From: Azolla caroliniana
Taxonomy: Eukaryota; Plantae; Polypodiophyta
DNA length: 64,000 bases
Assembly (NCBI GenBank): GCA_043228905.1
Contig: JBHGNT010000016.1
Coordinates: 1,116,001 to 1,180,000 of the forward strand
Direction: 5' to 3'
Below the pieces are notes generated by a model. That model was not told the origin of the DNA. It saw nothing but the letters and a program-made list of their open reading frames with translations, and searched no databases. Below, in pieces: positions 13,391 through 23,208 of the stretch (position 1 is its first letter; every line of letters starts with the position of its first letter). A program made the position numbers and the translations under genes.

Positions 13391-16300
13391 GGACACGTGA
13401 TCTATGAGACTAACCCACGCCTTTTACGACTATGCTTTTAGAATTGCAATGGATACCCATGGAATGCGGGATTTGGCATAGAGGAGTTCACCAATGACTC
13501 GGATATCACACTTCTTGTTGAAACATGGGAGCATGATACTCAAAGGATTCAAGGTTTAGGAAACTATAATGTACACTCTTTGATATGGAAGAAAAATCCA
13601 AGACAAAGAAGAGGACAAGGAGGGGTGGCATGTTTGATTAAGAAGGAAATAGAGAAATATGTGTCAATCATAAAAAATGATGAAAATAAATGCTACATAT
13701 GGCTCAAAATAGAAACACCTAATGATTTTCCCACTTTTGTTGTTGGATGTTACATCCCTCATCAAGATTCTAACTTTTATGCTTGTTTGGATAAAGATCA
13801 ACCGTTTGCCAATCTAGAAGATGATATTGCTTATTTCAAATCCAAAGGGGAAGTTATTGTCTTTGGTGACATGAATGCTCGTACAAGAAGTTTCCAACTT
13901 GATTCACAAGAATCTTTCATGCCACATATCTCAAGGATGCAAGAGGATATGCAAATGTATAACCGCTCTTCTAGCGATGAAAAAGATCCGGACCAATTTG
14001 GGAAACTACTCCTACAAATGTGCAATAGTACCGGATTGCTTATTGCAAATGGTATTTCCTTATGGCCCAACACTAATGGTTTTACATGTAGAAAATACAA
14101 CGGAAATAGTGTGATTGATTATGTGCTACTTTCCGAAGGTATTTTGGATCGTATACATAAATTCTCACTTGGTGAATGGACACCGGAATCAGATCATAGG
14201 CCTTTATGTATTGATCTCAAATGTATGCATAGGTTTGATTGTGAGAAGGCTATTGAAGATAATAAACAACCGCACTTGAGCATGAACCTTAAGCAAGCAC
14301 CCATGTATTCCAAGATGGTTGAGGATATGTTACAAATGACAAAGATACAACATGGTGCCACACTAGAATGCAAATGGGAAGCTTTCAAGAAAGTCATTCT
14401 CTCATGTACAAACAAATGTTTTTCGACCAACCGCACATCTTGGAAATGCACCAAGAAACTTAGGAAAAAATGGTTTGATAAAGAATGTCGTGAAGCTCGA
14501 AAGTGCCTTATGGTTTTGGATGTAGTTAAGGATAAAGAGAATTACCAAAAGCATTTGCATGAGTATAAAAGGCTTATTCAAAGAAAGAGAAGAATATGGG
14601 AAGTTACTCAACAATTTATCCAAACGCAAGAGAAAGCACATGCATGTGCTAAATTTTGGGGAAATCTAAAGGGAAAATGTGTTGAGAGTTATGGTGACTT
14701 AACTCTTCACGACTTGTCTATGCATTGTAAGAATTTATATGAGTTATCTCTTGCCGGAAAGATGATGTGTTATGGTTCTCTTTCACATATGCCTTCCTTC
14801 TTTACAATTGAAGATATATGCATAGGACTTAAGAAATTGGCCTCTCGAAAGGCAAGCGATCTTCAATGTATAAAGGCTGAAATGCTCAAATGGACGAGAA
14901 AGGAAGCACATATATGGATAAGCGATATGTTTAATGATGCATTGCAACATGGTATGCCGTACGATTGGACTACAAATTGGATAAAACCTTTACATAAAGG
15001 TGGAGATATAAATAATGTAAACAATTATCGAACCATCATGGTTGGCTCATTAATGGCAAAACTATTTGGATGCATAATGGAATCAAAGATAAGTGTATGG
15101 GTTGAAAAAAGTGGTAAGAGAGCTTATGGACAAGCTGGCTTTCGGAAACACCATAGCACCATTGATCACCTTATCACCCTTCGAGTATTAATGGAGGAAA
15201 GTCGCCTTAGAGGTAAAGGTTTATATTGTTGCTTTGTAGACTTCAAGAAAGCTTTTGATATGGTACCTCGTGAGCATCTTTGGAGGCGAATGAAAGAACT
15301 TGAGGTGCCAAGTGAATATATGCTTGCAATTTCCCAAATTTATGAGAAGGTTATATGTTGTGTGCGCATGAAAGATAAACTTTCAGATTTTTTCAAAAGC
15401 ACTATTGGTGTTAAGCAAGGATGCCCACTCTCACCAACACTATTTGGTCTATGCATTGATGAATTGGAAGAAATGGTTACCAAGTTTGCAAAGGAAGAAT
15501 GTGTTGAAGAAGTTGCCATTGGGAATGTTGTGATTATGCTTTTGCTATATGCAGATGACGTAGTGCTTTTTGCAAATACTTTAGGAGATGCACAAAAGCT
15601 TATGAAGGCATTGGAAAAATTTTGCATGCATACTAAATTAAGTGTCAATAGCTCTAAAACAAAGATTATGCTTGTGAAGAGCCAAAAAAGAGATAAACCA
15701 TGCATTATGTACAACAATGAGCCACTTGAATGTGTGGAAAGCTTCAAATATCTTGGCCTTGAAGTTCCTTCAAATCATAGATGGAATGAATGTGCTACAC
15801 GCCGCTTAGAGGCGGGCAAACGAGCATACTATGCATTTGAGAACACATGCAATCTTGGAGATATTAAGTGTTGGGTCCTCAAGAAATATCTTTTTGACAC
15901 TTTGGTGACACCAGCTCTTCTCTATGGGGTGGAAGTATGGGGCGGTAGCATCCCTAAGTCTATGTGGAAAGAGTTTGAAAATGTCCAAAAGCATTTTCTT
16001 ACCAAGTTTCTACAAGTTAAGAAACAAACGCCCTACACCCTCCTCCTCCTTGAGACGGGATCGCTTCCCATTGAGATCATGGCCATGGAAAGGGTTGTTG
16101 AATACATGCTTAAGGTTCAAAAAAGTCCCTCACATCGACTTCCTAGAATTGCGTGGGAAGCAAGCAAAAAGATCCAAAAGACGCATAAAAGCAAAATTTT
16201 GTGTTCCGGTTGGATGCAAGATATAGAAAAATGGTTTGGTAGATGGGATGCGAGACACTTGCTTCATGATGCATCATTAGATTCCTCTGTAAATGAGGCA

Positions 16301-16771
16301 TTTTTGCAACGCCAATGTATCATGACATGGGACAAATGTGGAGGCTCACGCTTCACACATTATACTACACATGTTGCACCTAACTACAAAACCATATTCT
16401 TTGCGGAACGGGGAAATCGTACACATCCATACATGTTAGAGCCCACACCGTTATCTGCCATTCGAACCATTGCTTCCATGCGACTTAGCTCACATGCATT
16501 GCGATGTGAAACAGGGTGTTGGGGTACAAGTGATGAGAGTGGTCGGCTATGCACACTTTGCCCTAAACAAGTTCGCGAGTCTGAGTATCACACTTTGATA
16601 CAATGCTCTGCCTTTGATCATATTCGACCATGCTTTCCACATCTCTTCGATCGAGCCCAATCTTTGCATGAATTCCTCTCACAACCACAATGTGCACTCT
16701 CGATTGCAACATTCATTGGTAAAGTTCTTGAACATTGAGAGTCACTACTCACTTTCACACGTATCACGTGA
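13391..16771 (+). pseudogene. LINE ORF2p (APE endonuclease + reverse transcriptase + C-terminal Cys motif), two point nonsense mutations
   Basis: Motifs RLCF*NCNG, LLVETW, GGVA, GDMNAR, IDY, SDH, QAGFR, FVDFKKAFD, GVKQGCPLSP, LLYADD, FKYLG, RLSSHALRCETG..C..C..ESEYH..C. Stops at 13439 (likely TGG>TAG) and 16736 (CGA>TGA versus the copy at 63.3 kb). Confidence 0.9.
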
Positions 16772-17553
16772 AATGTAATATTTTTGGTCTCATAGGTCAT
16801 ATTTGATCTCCGAAGACGATAATATAATCTATCTATCTATCTATCTATCTCTCTCTCTCTTTGTACAGTTACGCGCTGTCGTGAAGAAAACCGCCCACAA
16901 GAGGAATCGGAGGAACAAGGCGAGGGAAACGGCTCTACACACGCGCGCGCCAAGAAGTACATACGAGGATCCTAGGTGGGTAGTGTCGGTTGGTATGCAG
17001 TTAATGCCAAACGGCCTCTTGACGGGCTATAAAAGGAAGAGGGAGAATAGAAGTGGGACATCTCGCGCGGAGAGGAGGAAGTGCTGCCGAACCGATTTCG
17101 AAGCTCCTCTCTCACTCCTGCTCTCTCTGTCTTCTGCTCCATCGTGTACCTGTGCAGGTTTCGAGGAGGCTTGCGCTGTTCCGTGGAACGCCCCGAGTGC
17201 GTCCTGCAGCACCTCCGACCTGTTTTCCCCTTTCCGTGCGTCGCGACATACAGGGGTCGGCATCTGTTCGCCGCCCTGTTCGTTTTCGTTAGTATCTATT
17301 TAGTGCCCCACCGTGGGTTGTAACACTTTAGCTGTTATTTTCCTGCATTCATAAGTACATATCTTCAGTGGTTGCGTCCATCTGTGTCGGCGTTTATTTG
17401 TGATCCCTGTTTGTTGGGCCGTGTCCCTGTGCAATCTTCGGTTCCGTGTAATCGGGTCTCTCCTTCTCCTCTCCCTCTCTCTTGCTCTTCGGTCCAAGAC
17501 CCCCGTGGTCCCTCCTCCTTTCTGCACGCAAGGGCGTAGCAACCCCGACATCT

Positions 17554-17571
17554 TGGTGAACCCGACGTGAA
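17554..17571 (+). promoter_or_regulatory. Primer binding site complementary to tRNA-Trp
   Basis: TGGTGAACCCGACGTGAA is the reverse complement of the plant cytosolic tRNA-Trp 3' end (..TTCACGTCGGGTTCA-CCA) as I recall it. It starts 3 nt after the 5' LTR. Confidence 0.88.
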
Positions 17572-17593
17572 AGAGGCGGCAGAAGAGCAGGAA

Positions 17594-19720
17594 ATGAGAG
17601 GGTCGGATCTCGCAGAGGCCATGGCTTCGGCCGTGGATCGGATTGTAAACGCGCGCGAGAGCACCGGTGCCCTCGACAGAGCTATTGAGGCGGTCGTCGG
17701 CACGATCGGCCGGTTCGATGGGAAGGATGCCACGAAGTATTTGGCGTCCTACGGTGCAGAGATGCTGATGCGGGACATTCCGGAAGAAAGGCGTCTTGCC
17801 GGATTTCCCCGAGTGGCGATGCCGAGCATCCACGCGGAGGTGCTCGAGGTGCGGATGGAGAGCCGTACCTGGGAGGAGTTCGAAGGTCGGCTCCTAGAGA
17901 AATACGGGCTGGACGACGCGCTCCGGCTTTCGAAGCGAAGGTTCATGGAATGGGTGGAGTCCCCGGGGAAGGGAAGGAACGCGTCGGCGCTCCTCCGGGA
18001 GTTTGAGGAAAACTTTGCGCGCCTTTCGGCGCTTGACCGAACCATCCTGGACACGAGCCGGGTCTTGCTGTTTGTCAAGTCGGTCGACGAGCGGGATCGG
18101 GAGCAAGTGGGCTTCTTGCTGGAAACCGAAGACGGGCTCACTACGGACTGGGCGGCTGTCAGGAAGGTCTGTGGCCGTTTCGACAAACGGCGAGAATGGG
18201 CGGATAACGGTGCAACCGGGTCGGGCTCGGTCGCAGCAAGGAAGCTTGATCCAGCGCCACAGGTGCGAAAGGAAGAGACCCGAGAGTGGTTGGATACCGG
18301 TTCGGCTTCGACCGGCGTAGTCAGAGGCTCAACCGGAGGAGCGGCGCTGGAGGAATTGACAAAGGCGATAAAGGACCTCCAAATCGCGCAGGCCCGAAGG
18401 GAAGGAGGCGAACCGGCTCGTGACCGACGGCCGGCGGCAGGAAACAGGTGCATGTGGTGCGATGAAGTCGGCCACATTCGGAAGGACTGCGGCGACTTCG
18501 CGGAGGCACTGAGGGACAGGGTGGTGTACCTGTGGGAAGGACGGGTGCATGCCAGCGACACCCGAAGGGCCCTGAGCCGAAACGACGGAAAAGGCGGTAT
18601 GAAAAGGATGATGGAAGAGGCGGCGGCCCGACACGCGGAAACCGTCCACTACTCGGCGTCAGCCGGCATTCGAGTCGGGGGCGGCGAGGCCCGAAGGGAA
18701 AGCGAAGCCGGATTCTGGCCGACGATGCTGGGAGGCCTTGCCGGTGCAGGGCTTAAAAGGGAGGAATCGGACCGTGCGGAGAAACGGGTACGGGAGATGA
18801 CCGGGTGGAGCGACCCGGTCGAGGAGAAGACGGGCTTCGTGGAAGCTGCTTGCCGGAACTACGAGGCTCTGGTAGAAGAGAAGCGGGTGGGGAAACCCGG
18901 GACGACCGGGCCCTCACAACGATACGAGACCCGGTCCGGGCCGCGACGGGACGAAGCCGGCGGGGCCGGTACGCGAGATAAACCCCAGAAGGGCGGGTAC
19001 CGTCTGGGGACGGAGATAGAAAGAACCACGGACTTACGAAAGGTCCTGGAGGAACGGATCCTCGACAGCAAGGTGGAGCTGTCGTTACGGGAGGTGCTGG
19101 GAATCGCCAAGAAGGAGTTCCACGACTCCATCGTGGACTTGGTGAAACGGAAGAGGCTGTCGACGGAGACAGAACCGGAAAGACCGGTGGAAGTGCGGAC
19201 GACGCACCTAGACGACATGGCGCTGGGAGACGAGTGGGCGGAAAGCCACTATTCGAGACCACACTGGGCCCGAGCGACCACGGAAACCCCGGTGAAGATC
19301 GGCGATGTCCAGGAACCGGTGATAGCTTTGGTGGACCACGGATCGGAGATCAATTTGATGTCCATGGACTTCTATAAGAAGGGCAAATGGCCGATCAACA
19401 CCAAGCACGGGTGGAAAATAAGGGCAGCAACGCGCGCCACCGAGGAACTGCACGGGGCCTGTCCGAATGTGCGGGTCAAGATTGGCGACGTCGAGATTGA
19501 CCAACACTTCTTCGTGCAGGAGACGTCTTCGCACCCGGTCATTCTGGGAGAACCGTACATTACGGCGGCGCGGATGGAGACCAAAGTGCTGGACAATGGT
19601 TCGGCCTACGCGAGGGTCAAAAGCCAAGACGGGCGCCATTCGGTCCAGTTCCTGACGGTAAGGCCGAACCACGAACGAAACCGTGATTCCCTCGGTTCCG
19701 AACATCGAGAGGATTTTTAG
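17594..19720 (+). CDS. Gypsy Gag-protease polyprotein
   Basis: First ATG at 17594. CCHC knuckle CMWCDEVGHIRKDC; aspartic protease ALVDHGSEINLM..VILGEPY. Confidence 0.9.
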   Translation: MRGSDLAEAMASAVDRIVNARESTGALDRAIEAVVGTIGRFDGKDATKYLASYGAEMLMRDIPEERRLAGFPRVAMPSIHAEVLEVRMESRTWEEFEGRLLEKYGLDDALRLSKRRFMEWVESPGKGRNASALLREFEENFARLSALDRTILDTSRVLLFVKSVDERDREQVGFLLETEDGLTTDWAAVRKVCGRFDKRREWADNGATGSGSVAARKLDPAPQVRKEETREWLDTGSASTGVVRGSTGGAALEELTKAIKDLQIAQARREGGEPARDRRPAAGNRCMWCDEVGHIRKDCGDFAEALRDRVVYLWEGRVHASDTRRALSRNDGKGGMKRMMEEAAARHAETVHYSASAGIRVGGGEARRESEAGFWPTMLGGLAGAGLKREESDRAEKRVREMTGWSDPVEEKTGFVEAACRNYEALVEEKRVGKPGTTGPSQRYETRSGPRRDEAGGAGTRDKPQKGGYRLGTEIERTTDLRKVLEERILDSKVELSLREVLGIAKKEFHDSIVDLVKRKRLSTETEPERPVEVRTTHLDDMALGDEWAESHYSRPHWARATTETPVKIGDVQEPVIALVDHGSEINLMSMDFYKKGKWPINTKHGWKIRAATRATEELHGACPNVRVKIGDVEIDQHFFVQETSSHPVILGEPYITAARMETKVLDNGSAYARVKSQDGRHSVQFLTVRPNHERNRDSLGSEHREDF

Positions 19721-22700
19721 AGAGGACTGCCAAGGCGTGGGGCCGCGACAGTCCGGACACCCCAGGAAAACCCCACACCTGTACGATAAAACCGAAGAAA
19801 CCTTGTACCATAGGTAGGGAATTTTTGTTCTCCGACAGCGGAGCGTGCACGACAGTCGGCATCGGCGGCCGAGAGAAGAGAAAGGCGGAGGGGAGACTTC
19901 GAGCGTGCGGAGTTCTCGGCCCTGACGAGGAAATCGACGGAGCCGTGGAGGCGGCCTCATTCGACGACACCTTGGGAATGCTGGGAAAGGTAGTCGAAGA
20001 AGGCCTTAACAAAGACCGGACGATACCGGTGTGTTCCGAGGAGATGTACGAAGTCATCGCGGACTTCGGTCGAGGGCTCGAGTCGGTTCGGACGGCCCAC
20101 GTGAGCACCAAGTACAAGACTGTGGACCGGAAGGTAAGGCCAGTCGCGGCACCCTTACCGGAGGACAGCGCGTCGAGAATCAAAGGGGTTGCATCGGACC
20201 CTAGTCTACGGGATCCGGCCTGCATAGGGCACACCTTCACCGACGAGACGCTCCGAGAGCTCAAAATAGGTGGGGGCGGGTTCCTACTGCCTGCGGAGGA
20301 AGACCGGTTTCGGAGAATGCTCGGAAGGCACGGGAAAGCCTTCGCATTCTCGCCGGAGGAAATCGGGTGCGTTGACCCGACGATCGTGGAGCCGATGGTG
20401 ATATTCACGGTACCGCATGTACCATGGAATCTCAAGCCAATCCCGGTTCCGAGAGCTCACATCCCGAAGTTGATGGAGCTGCTGAGGCAGAAAGTTGATA
20501 TGGGAATTCTCGAGCCGTCGAGCGCCCCATATTCGAATCGATGGTTTACCGTACCGAAGAAAAACGGTTCGTTGCGCTTCATCCAGGACCTGCAGCCGGT
20601 CAATCGAGTGACGATTCGGAACGCAGGGATCGGACCGACCATAGACGAATTCGCGGAGGCCTTCGCCGGTAGGTCAATTTACTCGGTCGGGGATCTATAC
20701 TCAGGGTACGACCAGTTCCAGCTAGCCGTGGAGAGCAGAGACATTACGACGATGCGAACTCCCCTCGGCCTAGTTCGGATGTGTACACTGCCGCAAGGAG
20801 GGACCAACTCGGTGGCCCACATGGTGAATGCGATGAACAAGGTTCTGAGGGACTGTATCCCGGACATCACCATGCCGTTTCTGGACGACATCCCGATCAA
20901 GGGATGCCCGGTGGAAGAAAGGGACGAGACGATCGGGCCGGACGGATGCCGGCGATTCGTGGCGACGCACATCGACGACTGCGAGAAGGTGCTGCAAAGG
21001 CTAGAGGATGCGAGACTCACCTTCTCCGGAGAGAAGTCGGCCTTCGGGCAGTCAGAAATCATGGTGGTCGGACACCTGTGCGGACCATATGGCCGGAAAC
21101 CGTCTCCGGCAAAGGTAGAAGCCATCTCCGCGATGAAGCCCGACTGCAGCTCGGTCACGGAAGTACGGAGATTCCTGGGGGCATGCGCGTTCTACCACAT
21201 ATGGATCCCGCATTACGCACACGTCGCGGAGCCACTGTACGGGTTGCTGAAAAAGGGGCGAAGGTTCGAATGGCTAGACGAGCATGCGGAATCGGTCCGG
21301 AGGCTGAAAGAGGCCCTTGCAGCGGCACCGGCACTCCGGAAGGCGGTATACGGGAAGGGTACCCCGGTATTCATAACGGTGGATACCAGTCCGACCGGGA
21401 TCGGATGGGTCGTGAGCCAGGAAGACGAGGACGGCAATCGGTTTCCGATCCGATTCGGTGCGAAAGTCCTCAGTGAACGGCAGCGAGGATACGCCCAGGT
21501 TAAACGCGAACTCTGGGGTATTGTTTCGGCGGTTAAGGCCGACAAAGACTACCTGATAGGGACAGAAGTGATCATCGAGACGGATTGCCTGCCGATTCTC
21601 GGTATGGTCTCCGGATGCGCGACTCCGGACCTGGCGATGCTCAGGTGGATAGCGTACATCAAGTCCCTGGACCCGGAAATACGACACATTTCCGGGAAAG
21701 ACAACGCCATGGCCGACATGCTTTCGAGGGCGAGGTTCGACGACGAGGGCGGCATGGTTTCGGAAGACGAAGAGGTCGGCGTGGATTTCTTCGAGGCGGC
21801 ATACATAACAACCGACGGGATGAGCACTCCGGCGCTTAACGAGTTCGACGCGAGCAAGTACGACGGGGAGTGGCTGCAGATCGGCGGGTTTTTGAAGACA
21901 ATGACGCCCGATGCGTCATGGACGAAGGACGAGGCCGACCGGATCCGGAAGAAAGCATATCGATTCTTTCTCCGAGATGGGCATTTGTGGAAGCACCCGA
22001 AGAAGAGGAACGGCGTCCCGCTCCGGGTGGTGGCGATGAAGGAAGAACAGGAGGAGCTACTGGCGGCCTACCACGACAGCCCTTGGGCTGGACACCGTGG
22101 AACGTGGGCGACATTTGAGAAGCTGAAGGGGAAGTACTGGTGGCCGGGATTGTACCGGGACGTGCATCGGTTCGTGTCAACTTGCGAGAGTTGTCAGATG
22201 CACTCGATAGTCCGACACCGGGACGGGCTTCACCCTACGTACCCTCCGACTATCCACTTCAAATGGATGGTAGATCTGGTGACGATGCCGATGGGGGTAG
22301 GACAGATGCGGTATCTGGTCCTAGCACGGGAAGACCTGACGAACCAGGTGGAAGGCCGAGCCCTTCAGAACAAGACGACCGCGGCCGTGTGTCGGTTCCT
22401 GATCGAGGACGTGATATGCCGGTACGGGTGCGTCGGGAAGATCGTGGCTGACCGAGGGGAGTTGGACGCCGAGGAAGCCGCGGAGCTGTTCGACCGGCTG
22501 GGGGTCAAGCTCTCGCTCACCACTGCGTACAATCCGGAGGCGAATGGGAAGGTGGAGCGCGGACACGGACCGATCGTCAAGGCGTTGGTTCGGGCATGCG
22601 GAGGCCGAATCGGTGACTGGCCGCGGCTCCTACCTTATGCTTTGTGGGCAGACCGGACCACGCACAGTTCGGTAACCGGGTACATGCCGACAGAGCTCAT

Positions 22701-23208
22701 GTTCGGCCAGAAGCCGATCATGCCGATTGAACGGACGGTCTCCTCGTGGGCAACGGTCGACTGGAGGGACGAGATGAGCCGGGAGGAGTTGTTGGCCGCG
22801 CGTATACGACAGCTCGAGCGGAGACCGGAGGACGTGGCACTGGCTACGGAGAAGCTCCGGGTGGCGAGGACAAAGAACAAAGCCCGGTTCGACCGAACGC
22901 ACCGGCTACGACCAAAGAAAATCGACGAAGGTGACTGGGTGCTCGTCTACGACAGCAGCCTCGACAACCAGCACCGAGCAACGCGGAAGTTCGCACAGAG
23001 ATGGTTCGGGCCGTACACGGTACAGAGCGCCAACGACAACGGGACGTATCATCTGGCGGAACTCGACGGTACGAGAATAGCGATACCCGTGGCCGGGAAG
23101 AGGATCAAAGCTTTCAAGAAGCGGCACGACGACGAACCCGACCCGATTCTCCTGGACAGCAGCGACGACCGATCCGAGGCCGAGGAAGGGCCGGCAGGCG
23201 AAGAGTAA
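19711..23208 (+). CDS. Gypsy Pol (RT-RNaseH-integrase), -1 frame relative to gag
   Basis: Frame is open from the G GAT TTT heptamer. RT DLYSGYDQF..LPQG..FLDD; RNaseH TVDTS..KRELW..ETDC..NAMADMLSR; integrase H..GH..CESC, D,D(35)E and WFGPY. Confidence 0.93.
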   Translation, partial: GFLERTAKAWGRDSPDTPGKPHTCTIKPKKPCTIGREFLFSDSGACTTVGIGGREKRKAEGRLRACGVLGPDEEIDGAVEAASFDDTLGMLGKVVEEGLNKDRTIPVCSEEMYEVIADFGRGLESVRTAHVSTKYKTVDRKVRPVAAPLPEDSASRIKGVASDPSLRDPACIGHTFTDETLRELKIGGGGFLLPAEEDRFRRMLGRHGKAFAFSPEEIGCVDPTIVEPMVIFTVPHVPWNLKPIPVPRAHIPKLMELLRQKVDMGILEPSSAPYSNRWFTVPKKNGSLRFIQDLQPVNRVTIRNAGIGPTIDEFAEAFAGRSIYSVGDLYSGYDQFQLAVESRDITTMRTPLGLVRMCTLPQGGTNSVAHMVNAMNKVLRDCIPDITMPFLDDIPIKGCPVEERDETIGPDGCRRFVATHIDDCEKVLQRLEDARLTFSGEKSAFGQSEIMVVGHLCGPYGRKPSPAKVEAISAMKPDCSSVTEVRRFLGACAFYHIWIPHYAHVAEPLYGLLKKGRRFEWLDEHAESVRRLKEALAAAPALRKAVYGKGTPVFITVDTSPTGIGWVVSQEDEDGNRFPIRFGAKVLSERQRGYAQVKRELWGIVSAVKADKDYLIGTEVIIETDCLPILGMVSGCATPDLAMLRWIAYIKSLDPEIRHISGKDNAMADMLSRARFDDEGGMVSEDEEVGVDFFEAAYITTDGMSTPALNEFDASKYDGEWLQIGGFLKTMTPDASWTKDEADRIRKKAYRFFLRDGHLWKHPKKRNGVPLRVVAMKEEQEELLAAYHDSPWAGHRGTWATFEKLKGKYWWPGLYRDVHRFVSTCESCQMHSIVRHRDGLHPTYPPTIHFKWMVDLVTMPMGVGQMRYLVLAREDLTNQVEGRALQNKTTAAVCRFLIEDVICRYGCVGKIVADRGELDAEEAAELFDRLGVKLSLTTAYNPEANGKVERGHGPIVKALVRACGGRIGDWPRLLPYALWADRTTHSSVTGYMPTELMFGQKPIMPIERTVSSWATVDWRDEMSREELLAARIRQLERRPEDVALATEKLRVARTKNKARFDRTHRLRPKKIDEGDWVLVYDSSLDNQHRATRKFAQRWFGPYTVQSANDNGTYHLAELDGTRIAIPVAGKRIKAFKKRHDDEPDPILLDSSDDRSEAEEGPAGEE

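Larger units (their letters stand above)
12294..16850 (+). mobile_element. Apparently full-length two-ORF non-LTR retrotransposon (RTE-X-like), (ATCT)n tail
   Basis: 5'UTR, ORF1, APE-RT ORF2, short 3'UTR and an (ATCT)6 tail at 16827-16850. No poly(A) and no clear TSD. Clade assignment is inferred from motifs. Confidence 0.9.

Noticed and set aside
16803-17303. 166-aa ORF in the gypsy LTR (repeated at 23270-23707)
   Set aside because: It starts outside the LTR in different sequence in each copy and has no domain features.
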